64,000 bases of DNA from NCBI GenBank assembly GCA_963575745.1, contig CAUYUJ010000225.1, positions 1,178,001 through 1,242,000 of the forward strand, in the 5' to 3' direction. The position numbers and the translations under genes are program-made. The notes under the pieces were generated by a model. That model was given only the letters and a program-made list of their open reading frames with translations. It was not told the DNA's origin and did not search any database. Shown one piece after another: positions 1-10,800 of this stretch (positions are counted from its first letter, which is position 1; each line of letters begins with the position of its first letter). This DNA comes from Prorocentrum cordatum (lineage: Eukaryota).

Positions 1-541
1 ATCATGATCATCATCATTATTACCATCGCCAATCCTGAGAATAACAGGACATACCTGGTCAGTCGGCCACGTGCGCACGAGGGCAACAACCAAGAAACAC
101 AAAAACGCACAAAGACAGAAAACAAGGAGAGCGGCTATCCCTCCAAACCGTCAAGGTGAGGGGCCCCTCCTCCTCCTCCTCCTCCTCCTCCTTCTCCTCG
201 TCCTCGTTCTCGTTCTCCTCTGATGCGCTCCTCCTCTTCCTCGTCCTCGTCCTCTTCCTCCTTCTCTCCTCCAAACCGTCAGGGAGATGGGCCCCTCCTC
301 CTCCTTCCTCCTCCTCTCCAAACCGTCAGGGAGATAAGCCCCTCCTCCTCCTCCTCCTCCTCCTCCTCCAAACCGTCAAGGCGACAAACCCCTCCTCTTC
401 CTCGTCCTCCTCCTCTCCTCCAAACCGTCAGGGAGAGGTCCCCCTCCTCCTCCTCGTCCTCGTCCCCCTCCTCCTCCTCCTCCTCCTCCTCCTCCTCCTC
501 CTCCTCAGCATCATCATCATTCCCACCACCACCATCATCAG

Positions 542-588
<47 letters not shown>

Positions 589-1945
589 GCATCATCATCA
601 TCAGCAGCATCATCATCGTCAGCATCATCATCAGCGCCATCAACACCATCATACTATGTAGCAGCATCAACATCATCATCATCATCGCAATCATCAACAG
701 CAGCATCAGCATCACCATCAGCCTAATCGTCATCATCATCATCATCAGCATCATCAGCATTATCATCACCATTACAATCATCAACATCATCATCAGCCTC
801 ATCATCAGCATCATCATAAACAGCATCATCCTCATCATCAGCGTCATCCTCATCCTCATCCTCATCATCATCAACAACATCTGCATCAGCATCAGCATCA
901 TCAACATCAGCACTCTCATCATCGTGCTCGTCCTCCTCATCATCCTCCTCAGCATCATCATCAGCAGCATCGTCATCCGCATCGCCAGCCTCAGCATCAG
1001 CAGCATCAGCATCCTCACCATCATCAGAGCAGCAGCATCATTATCAGTATCGACATCTGCATCATCATCATCACCTTCAGAATCCGCACCATCATCAACA
1101 TCATCGTCGTCATCATCATCACCATCATCATGGCCATCGGAATCATCGTTATTGTCATCGCCAATCATGGAACATAACATGAGACGAATGGTCAGTCTCC
1201 CTCGTGGGCAAGAGGGCGGCAACCAAGAACATCAACGACGAACCAAACCACAAAACAACGACAACGTTTGTCTCCTCCAAACCGTCAGGGAGAGGGGCCC
1301 CTCCCCCTCCTCCTCCTCCTCCTCCTCTGACGCGCTCTTCCTCCTCATCGTCCTCTTCCTCGTCCTCCTCCTCCTCTTCCTCCTCCTCCTCCTCCTTCTC
1401 CTCCTCTCCTCCAAACCGTCAAGGAGAAGGGCCCCTCCTCCTCCTCCTCCTCCTCCGTTGATGCGCTCCTCCTCCTCCTCGTCCTCCTCATCTTCCTCCT
1501 CCTCTCCTCCAAATCGTCAGGCAGAGGGGCCCCTCCTCCTCCTCCTCCTCCTCGTCCTCCTCATCCGACAAGCTCGACTTCGCTGGCCCTCGCTCCTCGA
1601 CGGCGAAGGCGGGCAGGGCCGCCGCAACGGGAGCCAGCCCAGCGGCGGTGGCGACAGCGGCGCCTCGGCCGAGCAGCGCCGCGGCAGAGCGAGTTCGCAG
1701 TGGGCTGCTATCCCCTTTGACTTCATCCATATGAGCGTGTTTCGTCCAACCCCTGGGTTTTCTTGTTTTACTCCTCATCATACGCCTCCTCCAACGGGTG
1801 CCCCCTCCCTCACCATCTTCTTATTATCCTTCTTATTCGTCCTCCTCCTCCTCCTCCTCCTCCTCCTCCTCCGTATCATCATCATCAGCATCATCCTCCT
1901 CCTCATAATCATACTCATACTCATCACCATCACCATCACCATCAC

Positions 1946-2004
<59 letters not shown>

Positions 2005-2029
2005 GCATCAGCATCAGCATCAGCATCAG

Positions 2030-2072
<43 letters not shown>

Positions 2073-2230
2073 GTCACCATCGTCACCATCCTCATCATCA
2101 GCAGCAATACCATCCTCATCATCAGCAGCAGTACCATCATCATCGTCATCATCATTATCATTCGCATCACCATCAACATTATCAGCATCAGCATCATCAT
2201 TATCACCAGCATCACCGTCATCACCAGCAG

Positions 2231-2275
<45 letters not shown>

Positions 2276-2358
2276 GATCCTGATCTTGAGCATGATCACG
2301 ATCATGGCCATCATACTATTCATCATCATCCTCATCAGCATCGTCATCATGTTCGTTG

Positions 2359-2420
<62 letters not shown>

Positions 2421-2690
2421 TATATCCTCGTCCTCGTCCTCGTCCTCATGCCAATTATCGTCATCGTTCTCATCCTCATCCTCGTCATCATCATTATCAT
2501 CATCGTCGTCAGCAGCAGCAACACCACCACCACCAGTATAATCATCATCAGCATCATCAGCATTATCGTCATCATCAGCAGCAGCATCATCATCGCAATC
2601 AGCGTTATTGTCATCGCCATCGCCATGGCCATCGTCATTGACATTGCCATCGTCATCGTCCTTATCATCGTCGTCATCATCAACAACATG
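1..2690. repeat. Compound degenerate (CCT)n/(CAT)n microsatellite field with an interspersed CTCCAAACCGTCA(A/G)GG motif
   Basis: Triplet repeats are directly visible. The motif recurs about 8 times (~141, 270, 316, 366, 418, 1274, 1408, 1507) in two related modules (~55-500 and ~1190-1560). Confidence 0.9.
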
Positions 2691-3640
2691 TTCCCCGTCT
2701 CCTCCGTCCACCCATTACTCCTCTTCCGTACGGCATCACTTCACAATCCCACCCCGTCACTCCTCGATCATGGCCCCTCCCCCTCCCCCCGCCCCCTCAC
2801 TTCACTCGTACCTACTCTTCCTTCCTCGCCCCTCCTATCCTTCTTTTGATTCTTGCCTCACTTCCCCGTTCTTTTCATCGTCCCTCTTTTTTTCTCCAGC
2901 CTTCCTCAACCCTTCTCGCTCCTCCGTCCTTTCTCCCTCCTCCCTCCCATCCTTCCCCCTATTCCATCCTTTCCCTGGACGTTGCGCAAGCACCGCCACT
3001 CATGCATCGACGGGCTCGCAGGGCCCGCGGCGCCGCATCATCCGAGGGCCCAGGCGAGGCGGTGGGACGAGAGGGACCGAAGTTCCGCTGCGGTAGCTCC
3101 GAGCGGACGAACGGGCCAATCACGCGGAATCGTTTTGAACCAAGGCCAACAGCGGGAGGAAAGCACACTTCGCCGAGAAGGCCAATATCACCACCACCAC
3201 CACCACTCTGCCGCATGCGTTTGCCTTCGGAGATGAAACCGACTTCGGGCAGAAGGATCCTGTTCTGAAGGGTGCGAAGCTGGGCTGCAAAACGGCCTGC
3301 GCGCAAGGTATCATGTAGAAGCGGCCAGCGGGTCTGAACTGGTTAGGAACCCAGAAGATCAGGGGATGAGACCAAATCCGCTCAAAAACGGTCCCCAAAT
3401 CCCTCCCGGGCATCCCGTGCGGTTTCTCATCCCGGATCCGTTTCTGACAGTCCCAGGCCCGAAAACGAAAACCAGGCCCGAAGACGAAAACAGCCCCCAG
3501 AGGCCGAAAAAGGCAAACCACCTTCACGAACACAGAACCTCGAACCTGCCCCTCCTCCCTGCAGGTCCGTGTTCCGCACCATGGTAGTGCCGGTCAGCAT
3601 TGACGGCGCCCAAGAACGACTGGCATGGGAGATGCATGTG

Positions 3641-3711
3641 GCGCACGTAGTGTAGCGGCATCATGCAAGCCTCCCTTGCTTGTGACCCGGGCTCAACTCC
3701 CGGCGTGCGCA
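3641..3711 (+). tRNA. tRNA-Gly(CCC), possibly pseudogenised (T-loop CTCAACT instead of TTCRA)
   Basis: GCGCACG/CGTGCGC acceptor stem, D-arm GTGT..ATGC, anticodon stem CAAGC/GCTTG with loop CT-CCC-TT, T-stem CCGGG/CCCGG. Close to the eukaryotic tRNA-Gly consensus. Confidence 0.85.
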
Positions 3712-3808
3712 ATTGAGTTTGGCGCGCGAGTGCGCCCGCACTACCCTGTCTGAGTTAGCGGCGCGGGGGACGCCCGACTCAAGGCTGGGAAGCGCGCACT
3801 TCCCAGCC

Positions 3809-3881
3809 GGCTGCTTGGCCTATTGGCGTGATTCTCGCTCCGGGTCCGCGGAGGACTTGGGTTCAATTCTCGGAACGGCCT
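3809..3881 (+). pseudogene. Degenerate tRNA-Pro(CGG)
   Basis: GGCTGCTTGGCCTATTGGCGTGATTCTCGCTCCGGGT...GGGTTCAATTCTCGGAACGGCCT follows the eukaryotic tRNA-Pro pattern (TGATTCTCGCTTNGGGTGCGAGAGG..GGTTCAATT). Mismatches in the anticodon and T stems. Confidence 0.7.
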
Positions 3882-4140
3882 CATGCCCGCGCCCGTGGCG
3901 ATGGGGGCGCCAGTGGTGGGATGCATGCAGCGCGCCATACTAGCGTCGAGCCCATCGGTGCGGCGCAAGTTTTCGCGACGCGCGCTGCACGCTGAACGCG
4001 CTCGCTTTGCGGCAAGAGACGCCCTGGAGGGCAACAACGAGAGCATCAACTGGGAATCCGGAACCAATGCTGGGCCACCTCGGACCCCCAGCCGGCTTCG
4101 AGCCCCGTGGGCTTCTCCACACAAGGGGCCCCGCGAGTTA

Positions 4141-4324
4141 CAGTTGGGGCCACTTCCACAAGAAACCTTCCACAAGAAACCCAACCCAGAGACCCCAGGA
4201 CGTCCATGGATTTTCGGTGTGGGAACGCCACGCCTTCTCTCGCAAAACCATCGAGACCCAAGAAGCCCAGGGCACCCTGGAGGCAAGCAGGGTGCTTCTT
4301 GGCATGGGGCCCCGCGAGTTACTG
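4141..4324 (+). mobile_element. ~176-bp MITE family A (CAGTG..CACTG TIR, Tc1/mariner-like), copy 1
   Basis: Shares the core AAGAAACCTTCCACAAGAAACCCAACCC...GGCACCCTGGAGGCAAGCAGG..TCTTGGCATGGG with 4 other copies; preceded by TA. Confidence 0.75.
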
Positions 4325-5570
4325 CAAGCAGGCTGCAACAGCACTGCAGCCCAGAGGCGCTCTGGCACCGTGCATGGATATGCCCGCCCCGAGCTCCGCT
4401 CGCCCCGCGCCCACTGCGACAAGCAGGGCTGGGGCCGAGGCTAATGCACTCGGCAAAATGACGCAACGCCTGATCGGGACACGCGTGCCCTCTCTCCGGG
4501 AGGGCATGCCGGTCCTTTTTTTGTCCCCCCACAGCTTCGTCCGACTCAATCTCGACCGCTGTGCAAATCGCAAGGTCGCCAGACAAACCGGGAACACCAC
4601 GCGAACCCACCTGTGATACGCATTTTTTCGTCGGCGGCGAGGCAGAGGCAGTCCGCTCCAGTGTGTGGCTATTCGGGGCAACCAAAAAGCGAATTGTCCG
4701 ACGCACAAGAGGGAGCATCATGCTGCATTGAACCGTGGCCTGAACGAAGGAGGGCCTGCCAGTTTAATTACGTTGCGCCCGCGCCTGGGGAGCTCGAGGG
4801 GCCCAGCGATGCACAGGCCGCGAGCGCGCAGTGCTCCCCGAAGGTGGCCGTCGGCGGAGTGGCCGCGGGCCACGCTCGCAGACGGGGATCATCTGACCCG
4901 GGTCAATCCAGACCCGGGGCAGTCATGCTTTGCAGGATCCTGCAAGGCCCTGCTGAATCCTGCAGGATTCTGCACCCAAGCCTGGGTCGGTGCAACCCCC
5001 GGCTCTGCAGCGTCTTGCACGGACCCCCGTCTCCTGAGCCCCGGCAGGGCGTCCTTGAATAATCGCCGGTTCTACCGAAGGGGGGCCACGATTTTGAGGC
5101 GCTGGGAAGATAACCAAGAACGCTTATGCACCATTTGGGAATTCTCGCGGCCAAGAAGCAGGGCGCTTAAAATCCGAAGCCCGCGCGAAATCGTCCGGAA
5201 CCGAGCGAACATGCACAGGGGCGCCGCAGAAACGCCCCCGCAGCAACGATGCCCCCGTGGCCGCCACGAGGATGCAGGGCGTCGAGGCGCCAGCAAGCCT
5301 CCCGCGCCGACGCAACCCCCCGCGGGGGCCCGCCAGTGAGCGCGGCCCGGCCAGCGACGAGGGCACCCGCGCCGCGCCCAGCACGGCGTCCGAGCCGCTC
5401 GGGGGCCCGCTTGCGCCGCAGATGCCCGCCTCCTCCGCGGGGGCTCCTGCGCCCCCTTCACACTTCGAGTAGGGGACCGACTACAGAATTGACTTACCCC
5501 CGAATTAGCATGTTCGTCGAAGCTACGAGAGAAGAGCGTATGATGTGCGTAGACCTTCGAACCTCACTCT

Positions 5571-5742
5571 GGGTTTCTTAATAAGCGTGGGGTGGTAGCC
5601 CCCCGACGGGGGTCAACCTCGCCTGGTCGTCGCGCCGCGACGGGGGTCGGAGCGCATTCGGCGCGCGGTGGCTGCCCGCGACGGTGGTCGATGTGGGGCT
5701 GTCGGCGGGGGTGACGCCCCCCCGACGCTTATTGAGAAACTC
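5571..5742. mobile_element. ~170-bp MITE-like element with terminal inverted repeats
   Basis: GGGTTTCTTAATAAGCGTGGGG at 5571 is the near reverse complement of CCCCGACGCTTATTGAGAAACTC ending at 5742. Confidence 0.65.
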
Positions 5743-5784
5743 GGGGTAGGGGATCGATTACAGAATTTACTTGCCCCCGAATTA

Positions 5785-6624
5785 TTCCCTACCTAGGCTC
5801 TGCCTAGAAGGGTTCTTACTCTCTTAGCTTAAAGGGGCCGGGCAATGGAAATCGCCCCGGGCGGTTCCCCCAGTCCCCGCCCCGCGGTTCCCCCAGTTGC
5901 GCCCCCTGGGTTCACCCAGCTTAGCTTAGCTTCAGCTTAGCTTTAGCTTAGCTTGAGCTTAGCTTTAGCTTAGTTTTAGCTTAGCTTTAGCTTAGCTTTA
6001 GCTTAGCCTTAGCTTAGCTTCAGCTTAGCTTTAACTTAGTTTTAGCTTAGCTTCAGTTTAGCTTCAGCTTAGCTTTCCTTAGCTCTAACTTAACTTCAGC
6101 TTAGCTTCAGCTTAACTCTAGCTTAGCTTTACCTTAGCTCTAGCTTAGCTTCAGCTTAGCTTTAGCTTAGCTTTAGCTTAGCTCTAGCTTAGCGTTAGCT
6201 TAGCTTCAGCTTAACTCTAGCTTAGCTTTAGCTTAGCTCTAGCTTAGCTTTAGCTTAGCTTTAGCTTAGCTTTAGCTTAGCTCTAGCTTAGCTTCATCTT
6301 AGCTTTAGCTTAGCTCTAGCTTAGCTTCAGCTTAGCTTTAGCTTGGTTTCAGCTTAGCTTCAGCTTAGCTTTAGCTTAGCTTCAGCTTAGCTCTAGCTTA
6401 GCTTTAGCTTAGCTCTAGCTTAGCGTTAGCTTAGTGTTAGCTTTAGCTTTAGCTTAGCTTTAGCTTAGCTTTAGCTTAGCCTTAGCTTAGCTTCAGCGTA
6501 GCTTTAGCTTAGCTTTAGCTTAGCTTTAGCTTAGCTTTTTCTTAGCTTTAGCTTAGCTTTACTGTTACTACTAATGCTGCTTTCCTAGGGGCTCCAACTC
6601 CTAGGTAGGGTCGCACTGGGATAA
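5785..6624 (+). mobile_element. Non-autonomous element with internal (TTAGCTTTAGC)n satellite, copy 1
   Basis: Starts TTCCCTACCTAGG with a stem-loop (CTAGGC-TCT-GCCTAG) and ends CCTAGGTAGGG-TCGCACTGGGATAA. Flanks are near-identical to copy 2. It interrupts a sequence that is present uninterrupted at 5467-5564. Confidence 0.8.
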
Positions 6625-6896
6625 TCATGTTCGTCGGAGCTACGAGAAAAGAGAGCGTATGATGTGCGTAGAGCTGCGAACCTTATACGTGTGTGTATGT
6701 AGGTTCGACTGTGTGTTAGGTTCGACTGAACTAATTTCTATGATCGACCCCATACCGGAACAAATACATAATACGAGCACTTCTCTTCGATCCCCCCTGG
6801 AGATGATAAAAAAGTGGCTCGCCCCCCTCCGCGTGCTGCTTTTCCCCACGCCGCATTTCAAACATTGATTGTTCTTATGCTTCTTCAATCCGTTTT

Positions 6897-7311
6897 TTCC
6901 CTACCTAGGCTCTGCCTAGAAGGGTTCTTACTCTCTAGCTTAAAGGGGCCGGGCAGTGGAAAGCGCCCCGGGCGGTTCCCCCAGTCCCCGCCCCGCGGTT
7001 CCCCCCAGTCCCCTGGGAGCTTTAGCTTTAGCTTTAGCTTTAGCTTTAGCTTAGCTTTAGCTTAGCTGTAGCTTAGCGTTTCGCTTAGCTTTTCGCTTAG
7101 CGTTTAGCTTAGCTTTAGCTTAGCTTGAGCTTAGCTGTAGCTTAGCTTTAGCTTAGCTTTAGCTTAGCTTTAGCTTTAGCTTAGCTGTAGCTTAGCTTTA
7201 GCTTAGCTCAGCTTTAGCTTAGCTTTAGCTTAGCTTTAGCTTAGCGTTACTGTTACTACTAATGCTGCTTTCCTAGGGGTTCCAACTCCTAGGTAGGGTC
7301 GCACTGGGATA
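6897..7311 (+). mobile_element. Same element, copy 2 (shorter TTAGC array)
   Basis: Same 5' ~115 bp and 3' ~65 bp as copy 1; both ends sit in T runs. Confidence 0.8.
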
Positions 7312-8992
7312 ATTTTTCTCATTTTTCCAGAACGATGCCCCAGCTGCAGCGTGGGCATCATTTTCGGATCGGCGCTTTGCTGCCGTCGTTCAGAATGGCG
7401 CTCTCGCCCAAGCACGGGCAACGTTTCTGGATCAAAGTCTGGCTTCACTCTGGTCCCCCCCTCATTTCCCCTCCTCCGCCTTTCCCTGGTCCTCCCGTTC
7501 CTCCCGCTGTTTCCAATCGAGTTCCTGCTGCTGCTGTTCGTCTCGCCCTAGCGAGGGCCACTTTTCTGACTCCGAATCTTTCTTCGTCGTTGTCATTCGT
7601 TGTCGCTCCCCTCATTTCCCTCCACTTTCCCTTGTTCCTCCTTTTCGTCCTGCTTGCTGCTGCTGCTGCTGCTGCTGCTACGCTGTTGCTGTTGCTGTTG
7701 CTGTTCGTCCTCATCCTTTTCATCCCGGTCATCCTCCTGCTCACCCACTATCTCCTCCTGCTCCTCCTCCTCCTCCTCCTCCTCCTCCTCTTCCTCCTCC
7801 TGTGCACGCAGCTACCCTGTGTCCGATTGCGCATCTCACGAATTGGTCTTTCTGTGGGAGTCGCAGGTCGGCTACGACACGCGTCCGCGGATAATGAACG
7901 ATCAGCACCATGTGAAGGGATGGGAGGGAGGGAAAGGATGTCAGATGAGGCGCGAGCACACCTACGTAGCTCGGCGTCCCCCTTCTGCTCCCTCCATCTG
8001 CTTCAAGGCCCGTACTCCTCCTGGCCCTTCTATTCCTCCTGCGCTTCCTGCTGCCCCTGCTCCTGTTGCCACCCGCCCTATCCTCGCCCTGCCCCTCCCC
8101 CTCCTGCTTCTGCCGCTCCTGCTCCTGCTCCCCCTCCTTGCTCCCGCCCTGCCCCCTGCTCCCCCTCCTCGCTCCTGCCCTGCTCCTCGTTCTCGGCCTC
8201 GTCTCCGTCGTCGACGTGGCCGCCGTCGCCGCCCAACATCACCCTGCTGCTCCGAAGCCGGCTCCCGGGTGCTCGAATGGCGCGCCTGCCGCGCCTTGGG
8301 GGGGCGGCACGAACACCGGCTGCGAGCAGAGGCGGCCAGCCTCCGCCCGGCGCGCGCGCCGCGTTGGGGTCGGGTGGTGCGGGGGAAGGAGCGTGGGGCG
8401 GGAAACGGGGGAGGCGGCGGAGGGCGACACGGTGTCATCAACGAGGAAGTGGAGGCCGAGGAGGGGGAGAGGAGGCCGAGCGAGGAGGGAGGAGGCTCGG
8501 GTGCTGAGGGTAAGGGGGCACATGGGGGCACTACGTAGCGAACAAGATGCGCGATGTTTCTTCCAAAGACTGCGCGGGTTTTCCTCGATGACCGCGCAAG
8601 GAAAAAGAAGGATGAGGAGGGGGGAGGAGGATGAGGAGGGGGAAGGAGGAGGAGGAGGAGGAGGAGGACAAGGGGCGCGGGGGAGGTCATCCTTTCCTGC
8701 GCACTCCTCCCCTTGCTCCCATTGTTCCCCCATCGATCCCCCCCCCACCCACCCGTGCCCAGCCCACCCCTCTCTCGTTGCCCATCCCTCCCCCTGCCGT
8801 CGGCTGCGGCCTTGGCGACCCCGCCGATACAGCAGGGACCACCCGCGGCGCGACAATGTCGATTCAACCCCTCCTCCTCCTGCTCCTGGTCCTGGTGCTC
8901 CTCATGCTCCTCCTGTTCCTCCTCCTGTTCCTCCTCCTGTTTCTCCTCCTGTTTCTCTTCCTCCTCCTCCTCCTCCTCCGTTATTCTCGGAA

Positions 8993-9678
8993 TTCCCACA
9001 GTAGTGATTGCACTTGGGAGCTTTACTTGCCCTGTATGGGACTGGGCTTGCGGGTCGCTCTGGCCGCCCTGTGGCCGCCGTCGCCGCCTCGTCGCCGCCC
9101 GCCGCCTCCCGTCGCATGGGCCTGTGGGCCGTTCTGGCCGCCACGTGGCCGTCGTATCCGCCTCGTCGCCGCCCGCCGCCTCGTCGCCGCCTGCTTTGCA
9201 CTGCCTCGCTCTGCTCTGCATCGGTTTGCATTGTGCTTGGCACTGCCTCGCATTGCTCTGCATTGATTTGCATTTCTTTGCGCTACCGTGCCGGACTACA
9301 CGTAATTGCGTTGCGCTGCAATCGCAGTGCTTTGCAATAACATTGTTTTGCATTGTGTTGCATTGATGTGCATCGATTTGCATTGCTATGCCGTGATTTG
9401 CATTGCTCTGCATGGCTTTGCACTGCATTGCATCGCTTTGCGCTGCTGTCCGAAAACTTTGCGCTGCGTTGCAATGCTCCGCATTGCTTTGCGCGCTGCT
9501 TAGCATTGCGTGGCGCACTGTCACATTACCTGCACCACATAGATTGCACCACACATATTGCACAACATAACGTGTACCGCACTGCTTGCACCACATAGAT
9601 TGCAGGACATCGATGGCACCACATAAATTGCACCATGCAGATTGCAACACATAGTATGCTGGAGTATTGTCCAGGGGA
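8993..9678. mobile_element. Composite repeat element (TTCCC-hairpin end, GC-rich block, TTGCA/GATTGCACCAC repeats)
   Basis: Same architecture as 57487-58562; terminal hairpin CCCA-CAGT-AGTG-ATTG-CACT-TGGG. Confidence 0.45.
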
Positions 9679-9839
9679 GACACGCTTTCCCCCCCAAAGT
9701 GGGTGCCCATCGTCACATTAACAGGGTGGCTGGCGATCTTATCAGATTCTCGACAATGCCATCATATCGGGTCATTGTGTCTGTTCGAACCACACGCATG
9801 CACTCCCCCGTATGAGGTGTATGAAATCCGCATTCCTCT

Positions 9840-10800
9840 TCAGACAACGGGCTGCAAACACGTAACCGTAAGCGGGCAAGGCTTGAAATCATGGAGGATG
9901 ACAAATTTATTGTGTGGGCTCGCCGATGCGAACTCATCTGGCTGCGGCTTACCATTCGGGTGGTCTCCCAGGGCATTCAATCTGCAACACGTGGTAAGCC
10001 CGCCGTGTATTTCGTGCGCCAGAATGCTGTGAGTACACGACTGCGGTCCCACAGCGTGGCCCCATATCGGGCGGCCCATAAATTTCACACACATCGGCCA
10101 CAGACTGCCCGATCCGTGGGAAAATTGCCGCGAATGCCACGCCAAGCGCTGCACCCTACATCCGAAAATGGATCCTACCACGTGTGCCATCGACTGCGTA
10201 CAGCCTGCCATTTTTCGCTGATTACAATCGTGCCCAATAGTGATGTGTTTGAACATGTCCCACCAATGTCGGATACGGAATCACCTAGGTGTGGCTAAAT
10301 GACGGCGCTCTCCAACGTAAAGTTGCACGAGGTATCCCCACGCATGTTGATACCTGGTTCGTAACACTCCAACAAACATCGTTGATGATTTGCAATCATA
10401 CTGCGTCGGTTGAAGTGCATGTGCGTCTCGTGGGCCTTCTGGCACCACCTGACCACCTTTCGATAGAAACTCCACTTTCAAACTGTCAATTTGGCCAAGG
10501 CCGAGTTGGACATATGCCAAAAGCTCGAACCCAAACTGGCTGATGTTGATGGTCCCCTGCTCCATGGTTGCGGTTTGCTCCAGACCAATCCAGCATCGCG
10601 CCGACGCCTTGGGCAAACCGATGCCCCCAGAGGGGCGCGCGCGCACGTCCCGCATGCGACAGTTTCGCACCCGACGTGTCCAAAGTCTGTGCCCCTCTGA
10701 AAGTGTACCTGTCGGGCTCCCCAACGGTCAGGTTTTGAATGTCAGATTTCGCCCACGACTTATAAACACACACAATCTGCATGGGCGAAACAAGAGGCAC
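9840..10800 (-). pseudogene. Possible highly decayed LINE RNase H-region fragment
   Basis: Non-repetitive, coding-like DNA. The minus strand gives LYAVDGTRG..GVAFAAI and, after a frameshift, G..VGPQS, weakly resembling RNase H motifs. Multiple stops. Confidence 0.25.

Noticed and set aside
156..2849. 897-aa and other long poly-I/H/S/M/D/L/Y/V ORFs (also 32350-33669, 40941-42437, 44515-45891, 60517-63999)
   Set aside because: Stop-free read-through of triplet microsatellites in several frames and on both strands; no domain content.
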